Source: Paramecium tetraurelia | Taxonomy: Eukaryota | Assembly (NCBI GenBank): GCA_000165425.1 | Contig: CT867985.1 | Coordinates: forward strand, 248,001-312,000 | Reading direction: 5' to 3' | DNA length: 64,000 nt | In this document: in pieces, positions 43,043 through 57,002 of the stretch | How the letters are laid out: each line of letters begins with the position of its first letter | Numbering within the stretch: the stretch's first letter is position 1 | Translations under genes and position numbers: made by a program | Notes under the pieces: model-generated | Database searches by the model: none | What the model saw: the letters and a program-made list of their open reading frames with translations, nothing else | Told to the model about the DNA's origin: nothing

Positions 43043-45735
43043 TCATACACCATAAACATTCATCATTTTCATCCTAAATCCATTTGGCAAGTCATCACTA
43101 CTAAACATACTATCAAATTTCTGTTAGCCAAATGACTATTACAATTCTTATAATATATTAATAAAAAGAGGCTTAATTGAAGGAAACTCTGTTGAAGCTA
43201 CGATACAATAAACAAAATATTTGATATCGTTTATTACTCTTCCTGGATACATTTTCACTATATTGATCAAGATCCTAATTTTAATGACAGTCTTACCTAA
43301 AAGATTCCTCCTTGTATTCATCTAACGATTAACTCTTTATTTAGCTAAGAATCAAGCAAACTCTCTTAAAGAAATTAGGAATGAATTCTTCAATTGACTA
43401 AATATGTGACCCAGCAATCCTGCATATTGCAATACATAAATTTTAAGCGATGGATTTTGGGAATTTTGGTTCATTTATTATTTTTATTAGTTTCTCCATT
43501 ACTGCATTAAAAATCACTGTAATTTAAGAAGGATCTTTTATAGCTAATTCTCCCAATGCCCATGCAGCATTATTCGAAGTAGCCAAAAATAGTTTAGAAG
43601 GATCAATACTGATTGACTAAGCATAGATGTATTCATTTCTAAATATTATATATTTTCTTACAATATAATAGCAATATTGACATTCTTAAAAATTGCATAG
43701 CAATCCTTTATTAAATCACCTATTAGAGATAGTGCATATTGCTTAACATCAGTTTCTGAATCTTACAATGCAAGATCAACAATTTACAAAAACGATTAAT
43801 CACATAACTCTAAGAATCTTTCTTTTGTGATGTTGATAATCTTTATACACAAATCAAAGGATCTTTTTAGAATTTCCTTTTATTAATATAAATATCTTGT
43901 CTTCCCATTCTTTATTGATTAAACATAACCATTCATTGATTATATAGTTGCTTGATAAATGATTGGAATATAGTTTATAGCTCTCTATCCAAATTTTTCA
44001 ACTGCTTCTGCCAAACATTCTATCAATATGCGATTTATTAATACCATAAAGAGGACATATGTTATAGTCATTCAAGTCAACTAAATTACTGATCAATTTA
44101 GTCATTATTAAATCTATTAATTCTTAATTCTCAATAGTTTCACATTCAGCCAATATTGTGGTTATTGATTAATAAATGTATAATAATACTCCTCCTTTTT
44201 AAGACAAGGCTTTCAAGTACACTTAGAACAAATCTAATAAGTAGGGTTGTAATATAAAGAATGCATCTTTTGACAAGGAATTCAATGCAGAACAGGCAGA
44301 TTCCTTTACTATTCTATGGGATATAATTAAGTATATTTATACATTGACTAATTTTCGATAGAGATCAATAATAATTTTAGATAGGATTAAATAAACTAAG
44401 TCTCGTTGATGGCTACTGTTTTAATCCACTCATTATATTATGAGAATGTCCATAATGTAGAAGCATATATATATTCATTTTGTTGGTTCTTTTCATTAAA
44501 CAAAGCCATTAAAATATTGGGTACAAGATTGCCATGATTTTCCATTATTTTCTCTGCAAATACTCCTAGACATAAAACAGCAATTTCTTGTTGTTTCCAA
44601 TCTTATTATTATTGCAATTGATCAATAATTTATAAGACAATTGGAACAACAATTTTATCATAAAATTCAATTAATTTTTTGAGCAACAAATTCGACACTG
44701 ATCTCAATGAATATTCACCTAAAGTCTTCTCTTCTTCCTATTCTTCATCTTCAGCCTTACCACTTTAACTGTAAACATTGGAGAATGTGGGTTGTATGGC
44801 TATTTAATCAGCTCTAGTGATTGCTAGATTTAGTATTACAGGTTATAATATTTTTTGTAAATAGGGCTCAAGTAAATGAGTTTATTCATAATCTTCTGCA
44901 TCATCAATTGTTAGAAAATCAGTTAAACACAATTCTACAAATCTTACAACTTCCTTGTCTTAATCCTACAATGATTAAACACATGCCATTATAACTAAAT
45001 TCATCTATTTTATTTTATCTCGTTTAGTCTCTATTAGAGCTTGAATACCCTAAAAGCACTTCAATCTTATTTATTATTCTGGAGATTATGTTCCAGTAAT
45101 CAAAATTTTAATGTAACAATCAATGTATTGACTTAATGAGGGAGGCATAAAGAAAATATTATAGTTTAAAAAATTTAATGAATTTACAACCACCTATGTG
45201 TTCTAATGTTCAACTAAGGTAATGAATTTCAAAAGTAATTGATCGATTAATTGCAATCCTGAATCTGTTCCATAATAATTTATGTTTTCAGAATTGAATT
45301 TGAGATCCTCAATTATTTTTGATAAACAATCAGTTGCAATGACTGGATCAGTGTCTATCAATTTAACTAAATATTCCATCATTAGATTGCTATCTATGAT
45401 TAGTATGATGTTTGCTTACTTTTAATTCCATTTCTAACTACAACCTCTGGGACAATAATAATAAAGGCTTGTCTCATAATTTGAACACTCAAATCAACTT
45501 GCACTAACATTTGCTATAATTATTCAGGCAATGCGACGCAATTTTTGATGGCACTTTTTAATATCACAGCAGCCCTATATCTAATTTCTGGTTCATAATT
45601 TCCAATTATCACAGAACATAAATGAATTAAAAATTAAATGTCTTAACTCAACTCCTAAGCTCTTCTATATACTTATTTTTAAATCTAATTGTCTGGTTAG
45701 GCTGACCATTATATTAATTCAATTATTTAATCCAT
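43043..45735 (-). CDS. Transportin-1/importin beta-2-like HEAT karyopherin
   Basis: IRYRAAVILKS, acidic loop followed by EYSLRSVS, DWKQQEIAVLCLG, SNNAAWALGEL and a C-terminal YGV*. Confidence 0.85.
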
Positions 45736-45755
45736 AATTAAATATATATTAATTA

Positions 45756-46210
45756 TCAATATTTGTATTTGGTTGAATAATCCTTTGGAGCAACAACTAA
45801 ACCCTTGCCTTTTCTAGCACCTCGATAAATGATTTCCACGATATCTATGAATTCCTGCTTATCATTCATAGCCCAATTTATTTTATTGTTATTCCCTGTT
45901 CCCAAATCAATCATCATGTGTTTGTTTCTGTAAAAAAACATCACCGTCACTGGATCATATAGTTCATACATCGTATTGAAATCAGGCACTTTAGTGATAT
46001 CAACTAAATAAACAGCTGCAAACTTTTTTATTTTTTCAGCAGATTTATAGAGGATTTCATCCATTTGCATACATTAGGGATCCCTAAATTGGTATTAATA
46101 CCTGATTACCAATCATGTCCAAAACGAATGATAACTAGTTTCTCTTCTTCATCCAAGATTGCCTGATCAACTTGCCAACCGTTATTTAAATGAGGTAGAA
46201 GGTAAGACAT
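45756..46210 (-). CDS. DIM1: U5 snRNP thioredoxin-like protein Dim1/TXNL4A
   Basis: MSYLLPHLNNGWQVDQAI..RFGHDW/DP.CMQMDE..GTGNNNKINW..KDYSTKYKY. One intron. Confidence 0.97.
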
Positions 46211-46246
46211 TTTTAAATTGTTAGTTATAAATTATTAAAAATTAGG

Positions 46247-48316
46247 TCATTTTTTATTTACTTTTTTTTCTCTCTATTCTTAATTTTTCATAAAAGCCAC
46301 CAAAATTTGTTACTCTCTTTATTTCTTCTCAGCTTCAATCTTCCTAATGGCATTTAATCCATCATTTTCCTTCCTTATTGTGCTAGGAGAACTTTGTTCA
46401 ATTGAGGTATTTAAGACAGCCTTTGTTGATTATTTTATTGCTTTAATTTGTTAAGCTTTATATGATTAACTATAGGACTGAATCTCTAATGACGGTCTGG
46501 CTGCAATCAAGTTTTTTTGTTTGGATAATAATAATGGAGTTTGATTATTAGATTGATTGGTATTAATGGCAGGAGATTAATTAGTTTATGTCGCTGTCTG
46601 TAAATTTTAGGTTTTTTATTGATTAATCAATTATTTAAATAATTTCTACTAATTGGGAACTGATTGTGAATGATCTTATATGGTATTGATATTATTTTGA
46701 TTGTGTTTTGGCGGTTTCTCATCAGCTTAATTTTATTATTCTTATTATTTATTGCTATTTTACTGTTTCTTTTATTGAACTTTTAACAATGATTCCTCCT
46801 TCTTTATTTTCTCTGCACTAGTTATTAAATATTCCTGCAAATAATAGTCATCTTCCTTATCTGATAAGTCTTAAGCAAGTAATAACTCTTTTGGATCAAA
46901 CTCTTTAGATACATTCCCTAAATCTTCCCATTTAATAAGATTGTTGGGTTTCTCCTTTTGCTTTTGTAAATTTTTAACTGAGTTTTTGGGTTTCTCTTAT
47001 AGTGAAATATTATTAGGATTTGTGACAGGAGGTTCGTATTTATAACTTTCAGCTCTTGGTTTAGGTTTTGCTGGTAGAACCAATCTGCGAGAACACAGCT
47101 TTTCTTAAGTCAGGACTTCACTTTGATCTTTGCTGTTGAATGGTTTTCCTACCACAACCATCTTTTTCCGATATATCTTGGGATCATTAATTCCTAGATA
47201 ATCATAGAATGCTCTCAAAGAGTTGTCTACTGGGAATATGATATCGGCGATCTTTATTAAAGCCAACAAGAATTCTTAATAAGTTAATTCTTATATATTT
47301 GAACACTTTTTAAAGATCTCCACTAAGATTAACTTTGTAACAACAAAATTTTCTTTCTCTTTATGTTTGTATTTGATTTTATTGATTGGCTTATTTGCAC
47401 CCTATCCAGTATGTTGATAGACAAAATCATTGTTTATTTCCAAATCTATTAATTCGAAATCTTTACAAAAATACATAAATTTTTACAATGTCATAACTTA
47501 CTGAATCTAATGAAGTTGATCAAAGGTATTTTATTTATTTGAAGTTTGAGCTTATCTTGAATAAAATTTATAAATTTCCTTTGTATTTGCCTCTACTATT
47601 TTTTCATAACTTCTTTCATTGTCTTACTATGATAATTGCTAAGGTTTGATCATTGGCTTATTTAATTAATAAGGATCATCTGTTGAAAGTTAAGGTGATC
47701 TTGTTTTGGGTGATTTAATAACTTATTTGAATTTATCCATAACCTCCTAAGTTCTTAGCATTTTATCATTACTTTAAATTTCTTCTTCATTCTATTTGAT
47801 TTCTGTGATTTCAGTTGATACTTATTTTAGGATGATATTTGATTAATTTTCCTCTCTTGCAATTCGGGTAGGTTTATTACTTTGATCGTCAGATTTCTTA
47901 CTTTAATTATTCTCTGGTAGATCTTAAAATACTTAGTCTTCAGGATTTTCCAGCATTTTGGATTGATCTTATTGAAATGTTTGCTCTATCTCCTCATTGC
48001 CTTAATCTTATGTATTAGATTAATCAGCCTAATTCTCTCTTTGGTTAAATGAATCTTGATCATTCTGACTCTAGCTCAATTCATCATATTCATCTTGTTT
48101 TTCTTAATCATTGCTTTAAAGTAAAGGTTCATTTTTATTTGAAGCCGAACTTTTTCTTTTAAGTTACAAACCATTTACTGCCTGAGATTAAACTGTTTAA
48201 TCACTTCTTTTTTATGAATGAAAACTTTCAGGATATAACGCAGATCCATTAGAATTTTGATGGTTATGATTTTATTAAGATCCTTGGGAATCTTGAACCT
48301 CAGATTAGTTATCCAT
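46247..48316 (-). CDS. Hypothetical Q/E-rich protein with a central EF-hand-like helical domain
   Basis: MDNQSEVQDSQ.., and in the middle MTLQKFMYFCKDF..EIFKKCS..LTYQEFLLALIKIA. Confidence 0.65.
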
Positions 48317-48496
48317 ATTAATTTATTAATAATAATTTGGAATATTTATTACATAATTTCAAAGCTTTTTAATCTATTTTGTTGTTTGGTTTTGTATATT
48401 CTAATCTTCCAACAACTTTTGAATTAATTAATCTATTGGATCCAACACTATTGACTATCTGAATTTTAATTTGTGTAATTAATTTTATTATCAATC

Positions 48497-49298
48497 ATGT
48501 AAAAAATATTAAGAACCTTAAATCCTTTGTATAGATTCTCAACAAAAAAGGCCTAGAGAATTTAAAATAAAATCCAGGACGTCAAGGATCAAGAGTCGAC
48601 TTCAACCTTAGAGAGTGTGGCTGAATAGAACACATTTACTGATGAATAAATGGTCAAGATTATTGAAGATAGAAGGCAATTTATTAAGGAATTGACCCAA
48701 GAGACTAAAGCCCCTAGAGAGGTTAAATATATTACAATTGCTACTTTGAGTCCTTTACTTTTATTATCATCAGCCACATTATATTCGTGTATAAATCCAG
48801 CCTATGCAATCTATACAGGATAATTAATGCATGCAACAATAAAATATGCATCGATCAATGTGGCATTTTAAGTATAAATCCATTTAGATTTCTTAATAGT
48901 CTGGGATTCATTGGGGATTCGCAATGTCTCAACATGAAACCTAGTTGGATTGGCTCAACAGTTCCTCTGAGGCTCGAACCACCTTCTTTTTGGCCTCCAT
49001 TCCTATAATAGGAGCCATTCTAATATCTTAATATTTTTTATATGGGAATAATGATAACATTTAATCCATTTCAGCTATCATTGGAACTGCTATCTTGAAC
49101 CTAAGTATATTCAATTAATAATTATTAGTGGTAACTGGTTTGGACATTAGAGCAAGAAGTTATACACCTGGGTGGTTTTTGAAAAATAAATTGTTTTATT
49201 CCTTTGGATTTAATGTAGCATTGATACCATTAATATACTGTGTGTTTCTTTATGGAGACAATTTCAAAAATAAGGAAAGTATTTATAGAGTATAATGA
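48497..49298 (+). CDS. TMEM69/DUF3429-like mitochondrial membrane protein
   Basis: Presequence-like MQKILRTLNPLYRFS, YASINVAF/SGIHWG, and several TM segments. Confidence 0.75.
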
Positions 49299-49340
49299 TT
49301 TTTAATATAATATAACAGATTATTTTAAAATGTATGTCAG

Positions 49341-49653
49341 TCATTATTGCTTATTAATTGCGTCGAATAACAATTATATAGATTAGGCTAGTTGAGAGTT
49401 GGGATTTTGCTCATTTATTTGTTGTATGGCTTTTAACTTCTTGAAATATTCGTTTCTCTCTCTCATCAATAATATATATTGTTTCTTTAACTCGCTCTCG
49501 TCTCTATCCACGCACTATCAATTAAATAGTCGAGAATACTTCTTTCAAACTTTATAATTTGCCCAGTTTTCTTAAAACAGCCATTGAATTTTCGTCGTTC
49601 TATTCTTATAGTTCCTAAATGTATTATGGAATTAATTTCCACTTTTAACTCAT
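49341..49653 (-). CDS. 95-aa protein resembling the EB1 C-terminal (EBH) domain
   Basis: One 25-nt intron gives 96 codons including LMRERNEYFKKLKAIQQINEQNPNSQLAQSIQLLFDA. Confidence 0.6.
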
Positions 49654-49744
49654 TAATTTATTAAATAAATGTTTCACAGACAAATAAAACGACCCCAATC
49701 AGTATGTATAAATTAATATAATTCATGAATCTAGGCAATCAAAT

Positions 49745-51781
49745 ATGAACCCTAGGGATATAAATAAAAGTCAACAAATGAATGTTAAATTTTAATGCCA
49801 AGTGCTATACAGTATTTTTCGGATTTAGATTCATTGCATCATGTTACTAACAATTTTCTAAGACCATAATCAGCTGTTTCACTATATTAGAATAAAAAGA
49901 TTAGCAGCTCTACTATGGTGGATAATAAATAAGTTAGTGACACAAGATTAACTGATCCACGATAAACACCAAGATACATAAAAAAGGATAAAGAAGAATT
50001 GTATTAAGACTTGTTACAATTATAATAAAAATATAATTAATGTAATGAGGAAAATACTAAATTAAAAACTTAAATTTCATCTTTGGAAAAACAAGTTATT
50101 CATTTAACAGATTTAGTTAGAAATGTTGAAATGTTTTGTAATAAGAAAACTAGTCATTTCAATGTATTTTAGTTAAAAAAACAAATCCAAGATCTCAAAA
50201 CTGTCCTTAAAACAAAAGAATCAGAATTAGAATCATTAAAATAAAATGTTAAGACTACTAAAATTGATGAAATCAGAATTGAATTATAAGAATCACATGT
50301 CGAATGTTTAAGATTAAGAACTATGCTTGATCAACAATTAAGACAATAAGTGTTGTTTAATTACAACGATCATACCTTGATAGAAGAGAAATTGTACATC
50401 CAAAGTCAGATGATGAATTAATTAAAAACAGAAAATGACTAAATGACAGGATTGCTTAAAATCCAAGAGGAAGAAACCTATTATTACAAAAATTTGTTAG
50501 CTGAAACCTTAAAAACAGTAAGGAGGTACGAGGAAACTATTGAAGACTTACATAAGAATCTAAAAGGTAAAAACTAATTTATGGATAAATTGGCTTAAAA
50601 AATAGAAGCCTTGAAAAATACTAATAATGGGCTGGCTGATAAAGTAGTAAAAGTGGAAGATTTAAAAGAAGAGATAAGAATTTTAAAATGCACAATAGAT
50701 GATTAAAATAAGCAAATTAAAAGTGTTTTATCTGATAATGAGTATCTCAAAGGGATGGTCCATGAATTAAAAATTAAGAATAATGAGAAATCAGAAATTT
50801 AAGCTAAAGAGAAAAAAGTATTACAAGATTAGATTGCTAAAATATCAAATCAATATGATCTTTTAGATGATAAATACAAAAATTTGTTATTAATTTAGGT
50901 TTAAGCTAAAAATAAGGAGACTGCTTAATCGTCATTGATTCACAAGAAAGAACAAACTGTAGGTTTAACTCTAAAAAATAACAATGATAGCTTTTAATAA
51001 CAATAGATTTATGTTCCAAAAAAATTAAGAGCCATCAAAATGAATGATGTTTTACACATTGGAGAAGAATTAAATTACAGATTTAGAATTAAGAAAATAA
51101 TATTAATTGATGTTATAGAGTAATTCTTATTTGATGATGACAACAAAAAAGAGAAAAAAGTTAGTATTAAGCAACTACAAAAGAGATTTGAAAAAGAACC
51201 ATTCATGTTATTTGAATAAGATAAAGCATTAATGTTTGCTCGCTTCTTAATAGAAGATAATTCCTAAGAATTTGTTGAATTTAATATTGAGCTAACAGAA
51301 ACCTTAGAGAGAGTTAAGAGCATTTTTACTAAGATAATTGGTAATTATAGGATATTTAATCCTGATGAGGAAATGAAGCATAAAGAGGATATTACTAAAC
51401 TTATTATCAAATACAAGAATTCTCTAAAGTAGCATTTTGATTCTCTTCAAAGCAATAATGGTGAATTAAGCAAAAGATAGATCTTAGAAACATTTATTTT
51501 TATGGACATTGATATTAATAATCACCAGCTTGAATACTTTTTTTTAAAGCTATTTGTTTTTTCAAATAAAATTGATAGGTTTCCATATTAAAAGATTTTT
51601 GAAATATTCTAATAGACTTAAACCGCATCAAGTATGTTTAAACAATTCATTTATAGCTCCTCATCTACAAAGAAAGGAAACTCAAAGAAAAAAAGCAACA
51701 ACTGAATCTAATAAACAACCTGTTTATGTAACCAAGAGCCTATTCAAACCAGTCGAAGCTACTAATCTATAATAAGTTTGA
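49745..51781 (+). CDS. Long coiled-coil protein with C-terminal EF-hand-like region
   Basis: Extended heptad-rich code-6 ORF. The start codon is approximate. Confidence 0.7.
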
Positions 51782-51828
51782 TTTATTGTTTTAATAACAA
51801 AATTAATTATTTTAAATATACATTCACT

Positions 51829-52474
51829 ATGTTATTCAGTCATCACTGCCTAGAATGTGGTACAGATTGTAATAATTAAGGACGCTATTTTGAGCGACCC
51901 ATGGGTGTGTATATTGAATGCAATATATTTATGTGAAAATTGTGCAATGATTTTATCAACCGAAGCTGGAGTTACGAATATTAAAAAATACTCTTAGCTA
52001 AGTGCAGAGGAAAGAGACAAATTGATGAAAGGAGGAAATGAAAAATTTAAGTTAAATGTTAATGATGTTAATGACAAATTTCACTCCCATAAAGCACTAC
52101 AATATCGATTTGAAGTATTTATTGAACTATAATAGCTAGCTTTGGGTTTGAGTGAATATGATTCAGACGTCAGCACCAACTATGCCAGTCCAAACAAATC
52201 ATTTATTTATTACCCTGAGCAAAAAAAAAGATTGAGCAAAGCCCTGGAATTAGGGGGCTCTCAATAAGACATAGAATGGATACAAATTCAATATTAAATA
52301 TTATCGAGGGATTTAAAGAATAAAATTGATAAGAACCATTATTTGACTAGATTGGAAGAGATAGGAAAAAAAATGGTTGAAAAATAATAGTAGAAATAAG
52401 TTTAAAAAAAATAAACATACAATTAAAACGATGTTTTTTCATCATTTTCAGCCCTAATGAAAAAATAGACTTGA
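51829..52474 (+). CDS. Divergent ArfGAP-like zinc-finger protein (possibly frameshifted)
   Basis: CLEC..PWVCILNAIYLCENC..MKGGNEKF. The first intron as read does not join the frames cleanly. Confidence 0.5.
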
Positions 52475-52733
52475 AATATCATTTAAATATAATAAGCTTT
52501 AATTGTTTTCCCAATATCACTCACAGAATACAATCTATGATTACAATTTAATGTTCTTTAATTTACAATTTATACTTAATTGATTATTTATTATCTAATA
52601 AATACCTGCATATTATTATTTACTTCATAGTGAGTTAAAGCAAAAGGAATGTACTCTTTCAAAGAATTAATAAAAATTATTTTAACCTCTGTATAATTTT
52701 GTTATTTAAATAAATTAATTATTATAAATCGTT

Positions 52734-55563
52734 ATGAAGAAAATAAATCAATAGATGTAAATCATTGCAGGTCGCAATAGCCTGCAAGAATCTCCTTAAC
52801 GATTGGAAAAGAAATCCTTAAAAAACCCTGCTAAAACAGTTAAAACTGAAAGACCTTAATAAAAAGGGAAGACTAAATTATACGATTATTTTAAGAAAGA
52901 AAGAAACTCATTAGCTTAGGTTGTTAATAACATTCGGGCTAAGTTAAAGGGAAGTAAAAGCATTGATAATATGTTCCTTTAAACCTAAAAAAGTGAAAGG
53001 ATTAAAACATCATAATAAAATGTACATCATTTCAATAGTCTAAAATAGCTTATTGAATAGAGAGTAAGAACAGATGATGGGAATAGCTCTAAACGTTTAA
53101 ATTTAAAAACAAAAAATTTATCATTAGCTACTGTCTCAATTGATGTATGAATTAACAAATAAAAGTTATAGAAAAAAGAATAATAAAAATAACCTTCAAC
53201 TACTAAGTAATCTTACAATCAATCTCCTTCTAATCAGTCAAAACCAATCTTAAATAAGTCTAAATCAAAAGACCAATATTTGTTTGATTTGGTATATTTT
53301 ATTATTAAAGTTTATAGCTAAAAAATGCTCAAATGATATCAAATCAATACTAATAATATTTTAATTTGAAGTAAAATAAGTAATCTATATAATCAGACAC
53401 ATCAACAAATCATAGACAATCAATTGAAGATATGTTGATAAGTTAAAAATCTACTAAAGGATCTCCTCAACCTTACAATTCAAAATTATCAAAACAAACA
53501 GAGGGAGACTCTAAATCCCTTAATTAGGGATATTCAAAAACTGAATCGACTCCTATCATTAAGTAATAGTCGAAAATCAAAACAGATGACTCATTATAAT
53601 ACGACCCTAAAAAGAAATTATAAATAGTTCTATTCTACAAATAAACAAAGTAATTTTACATTCTATAATATTAGATATTACTATTTGTACGATTATGTGG
53701 ACTAAAGGACGGATAATTTATATAACTTTCTTCTGGAATAGATTGCAAGTATTGAAGTGACATCAGCAAAGGTAGAAGGAGGAGGAACTGGCTCTACTGA
53801 AGATTAATACATTTAAGATGGTATATTTAAGTTTAATTTAGAATTGAATAAGATTTGCCAATTCATAACAGTTAATAAAAATATTCCATTTGATTATTAC
53901 CTTTCGTTGCCAGATTTGCCTTTAAATATATTTTAGGGTATAACACTCTAATTGTAACCTTTGTATTCTCAATTGTAAGAGACCCACAGAGTTGGATTAA
54001 AAGATTTTAATCTCATAAAATGTATAGGAGTAGGAGGTTTTTCAAGGGTTTATTTGGTCAAAAAAAAAGACAATGGCTAATTTTATGCATTGAAATTAAT
54101 TGACAAGAAGTTCATTTTTGATAATGCGAAAGAAGTAATTGTATAAAATGAGAGAGACATTATGGTAAGAATGGAAAATTAGTACATCATAAAATTACAT
54201 TATGCCTTCGAAACTAGATTTTATATTGCATTTGTTTTAGAGTATTCTGCTGGTGGAGAGTTATTTTACCACTTGAGAAAATTGAAACGCTTAAATGAAC
54301 AAGAAGCATAATATTATTTTGTAGAAGTATGCATAGGAATGGCCTATCTACATTCATAGAATATTGTATACAGAGATATTAAACCTGAAAATATTTTGTT
54401 GGATTTGTATGGTCATATGATGTTAAGTGATTTTGGATTGTCCAAACCAAATATGGAAGACGGAGAATTAGCCTACTCTTTCTGTGGGTCACCTGAATAT
54501 ATGGCTCCTGAAATGTTAATGAAATCAGGACATAGTTATTTAGTAGATTGTTATTGCCTTGGAGCTCTGCTTTATGAACTTGTTTTCGGATTACCTCCCT
54601 TTTATTCTCATGACACTTAAGAAATTTATAATGCAATATTGACAGAGAATGTTTAATTTCCAGATTATGTGTAAATTTCTGATGAATTGAAAGACCTGAT
54701 AATTAAATTACTTTAAAAGGATCCAGATAAAAGATTGGGAAAAAAAGGTGGTATTACAGAAATCTTAACTCATGTTTGGTTTCATAATGTTGACTTTGAA
54801 GGAATAGTAAATTAAACTCTGCCTCCTCCTTATAAGCCAGAACCTTAAAGGTACAATTTCGATGAAGAAGAATTTAATAAAGGAGATGCAGAATTTAGAA
54901 AATAGTATGGATAAAATCTTTAATATGAATTTTAAGTATTTACAAGTCTATTAAATTTGTTAGAATGTAGATAAAGCAAATTATGAATTGGAAAACTTTT
55001 ATTATGCAAGATCCTAATAAGAATTCAAAAATAGAACAAAATTAGTTAATACGAGTAAATTAGTTTCATAAATTGTTTAATAAGAACCAATCTCTCCAAA
55101 TAAATAAATGATATCAAAAGTAAAAGTAAATGTTTAAAATTAATCGTAAAGCATTCCCCTTCAGAAAGTAAAAGCAATGTGAGACCAAACATTAAGAGTG
55201 AAGCCCATGAGTATTTCAAAAAGCACAATCTCTTCACAAGATCTTCATAGATACTTAAATAATCTTTAAAGTAGGGTCACACTTATTCTAAAACCTTATA
55301 ATAGCCTTCAATGTCAATTCAAGATTTAAAAGTACTAGAATTCTATAATTTAGAAATTAAAATAATTGTTTGATCAGTCTAAATAATTGTTAAGTTCTGA
55401 TAGAGTGACTACTATTCCTGACTAGAATAATAAACATGCCATAGAGAGAGTGAAAACAGAATAAATTGGCAATTTACCTTCTCCTAAAACCACAACCCAT
55501 AGTGCTGCAAATAAATTAGCTAAGTTTTCTAAGTTATTTGGATCAGAAAAGAGAAAAAAATGA
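52734..55563 (+). CDS. AGC-family Ser/Thr kinase (SGK/Akt/S6K-like) with long low-complexity flanks
   Basis: [38 protein letters not shown] and the AGC tail PPYKP..NFD. Confidence 0.92.
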
Positions 55564-55675
55564 TAATGTATATATAGTTTCAAAGCTACACAATACTTAT
55601 AGGTTTTAGTATAGAGTTTAATTAAATATATATTAATGTACCAATTTTGTGCGATATAATGTATTAATAATGCAA

Positions 55676-56320
55676 TCATTTCTTCTTTTATTCGACTTTC
55701 TTAATATAAAATTCTAATTCCTTTCCTTCCAAAATGTATCCATCAGCTCTTCCTGATTATCCTGGTCTTGATGTAATTCTTACCAATAATCTTTAATTTG
55801 TAAATTATTCTTAAACCAATGCATCAATGGCATTGTCTTTTGCTCTTTATTCTAACTTCTTAATAAGACTTCTTGATTTCTTAGTTGCTTCAGGTTGTCC
55901 TTCCTAATTTAATATTTTATTAATTACTTTCTTGTCCTTCTTCTTTGATCCCAATTCTACATTATATTTCTTTGCATACCATTATCTAAATGGGGTAGCA
56001 TCTACTTAAACAATCACACCTCTAGTAAGTGTCTTTGTTCTGACCAATTCATTATTTGATGGATGATAAACAACTTCTACAATTTTAGCTTTTTTAGCAA
56101 TGCCTTGGCTTCCCCAAGAGAAATTGCCTTCAGATAAACGAAGGGCTCTGAATTTGAAATTTCCTCCTCTGACTCTTATTCTTCTTACTCTTTTTTCTCC
56201 TGATACCAATTTAGTCATTGCTGCTTATCTTCCTTTTTCGAAGGCTCTCTTTTTCTTATGGATGGGCATACGACCTCCTGTGAGTCTTCTTTTATGTCTA
56301 CTGTCTCTTGAAATTCCCAT
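55676..56320 (-). CDS. RPS8: 40S ribosomal protein eS8
   Basis: [48 protein letters not shown]. Confidence 0.98.
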
Positions 56321-56599
56321 GAAATGCTTTCTTAAATAAAAAAAGATTTTATTTAATTTTAAAATGTGCTTATATATTTAATCAAATGTGTTTTTTTATT
56401 TTCCATAAATCAATATGTTTTTTTAATAAATAGAAGTGATAATGAAAATATTCTTACAAATATAAAATATGAGCAAATGAAAAAAATCAAATTTATTTAT
56501 TTTTTGGACTGAAATTGAATCTATATATAACGCAAAGTATATTACTTCTTATCATCCTAAAATTACAAGGAGTATTTTCTTAAAGTTTAAGGTTTCCTA

Positions 56600-57002
56600 T
56601 ATTCAAAGCTCAAATCATCTGTTTAAAATACAGTATTTACTTTCTTTTTTTGAAATGGTTTATCAACTGGTCGTTATTAGATTATAAATTCCTTGAGGTC
56701 TTAACTTTATTAACTTAGTAATTGTAAATAAGGATATTCGATAACGCTTCTTTGAGGAATATTCTTAGGACTTTTAGAAAGACATTATTGATTGCTATCA
56801 GAATGTGGAAGACTGGGCAATCTTAACTTTGGAAGATGTTCACCCTATTAGGACTAAAAGGACTTATGTTCTAGAAATAAAATATGTTTCTGTTCTTAAT
56901 TTATTTTACAACTAAATATCTATTTCGAATTTTAAAGTCTTTGAATTCTATTTCTCTTTTTGGTTCTACAACATTTTTTTTTATTTGATAATACAATGAC
57001 AT
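56600..57002 (-). CDS. Hypothetical basic protein
   Basis: MSLYYQIKKNVVEPKREIEFKDF..LPSLPHS. The 3' end is unresolved. Confidence 0.35.
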
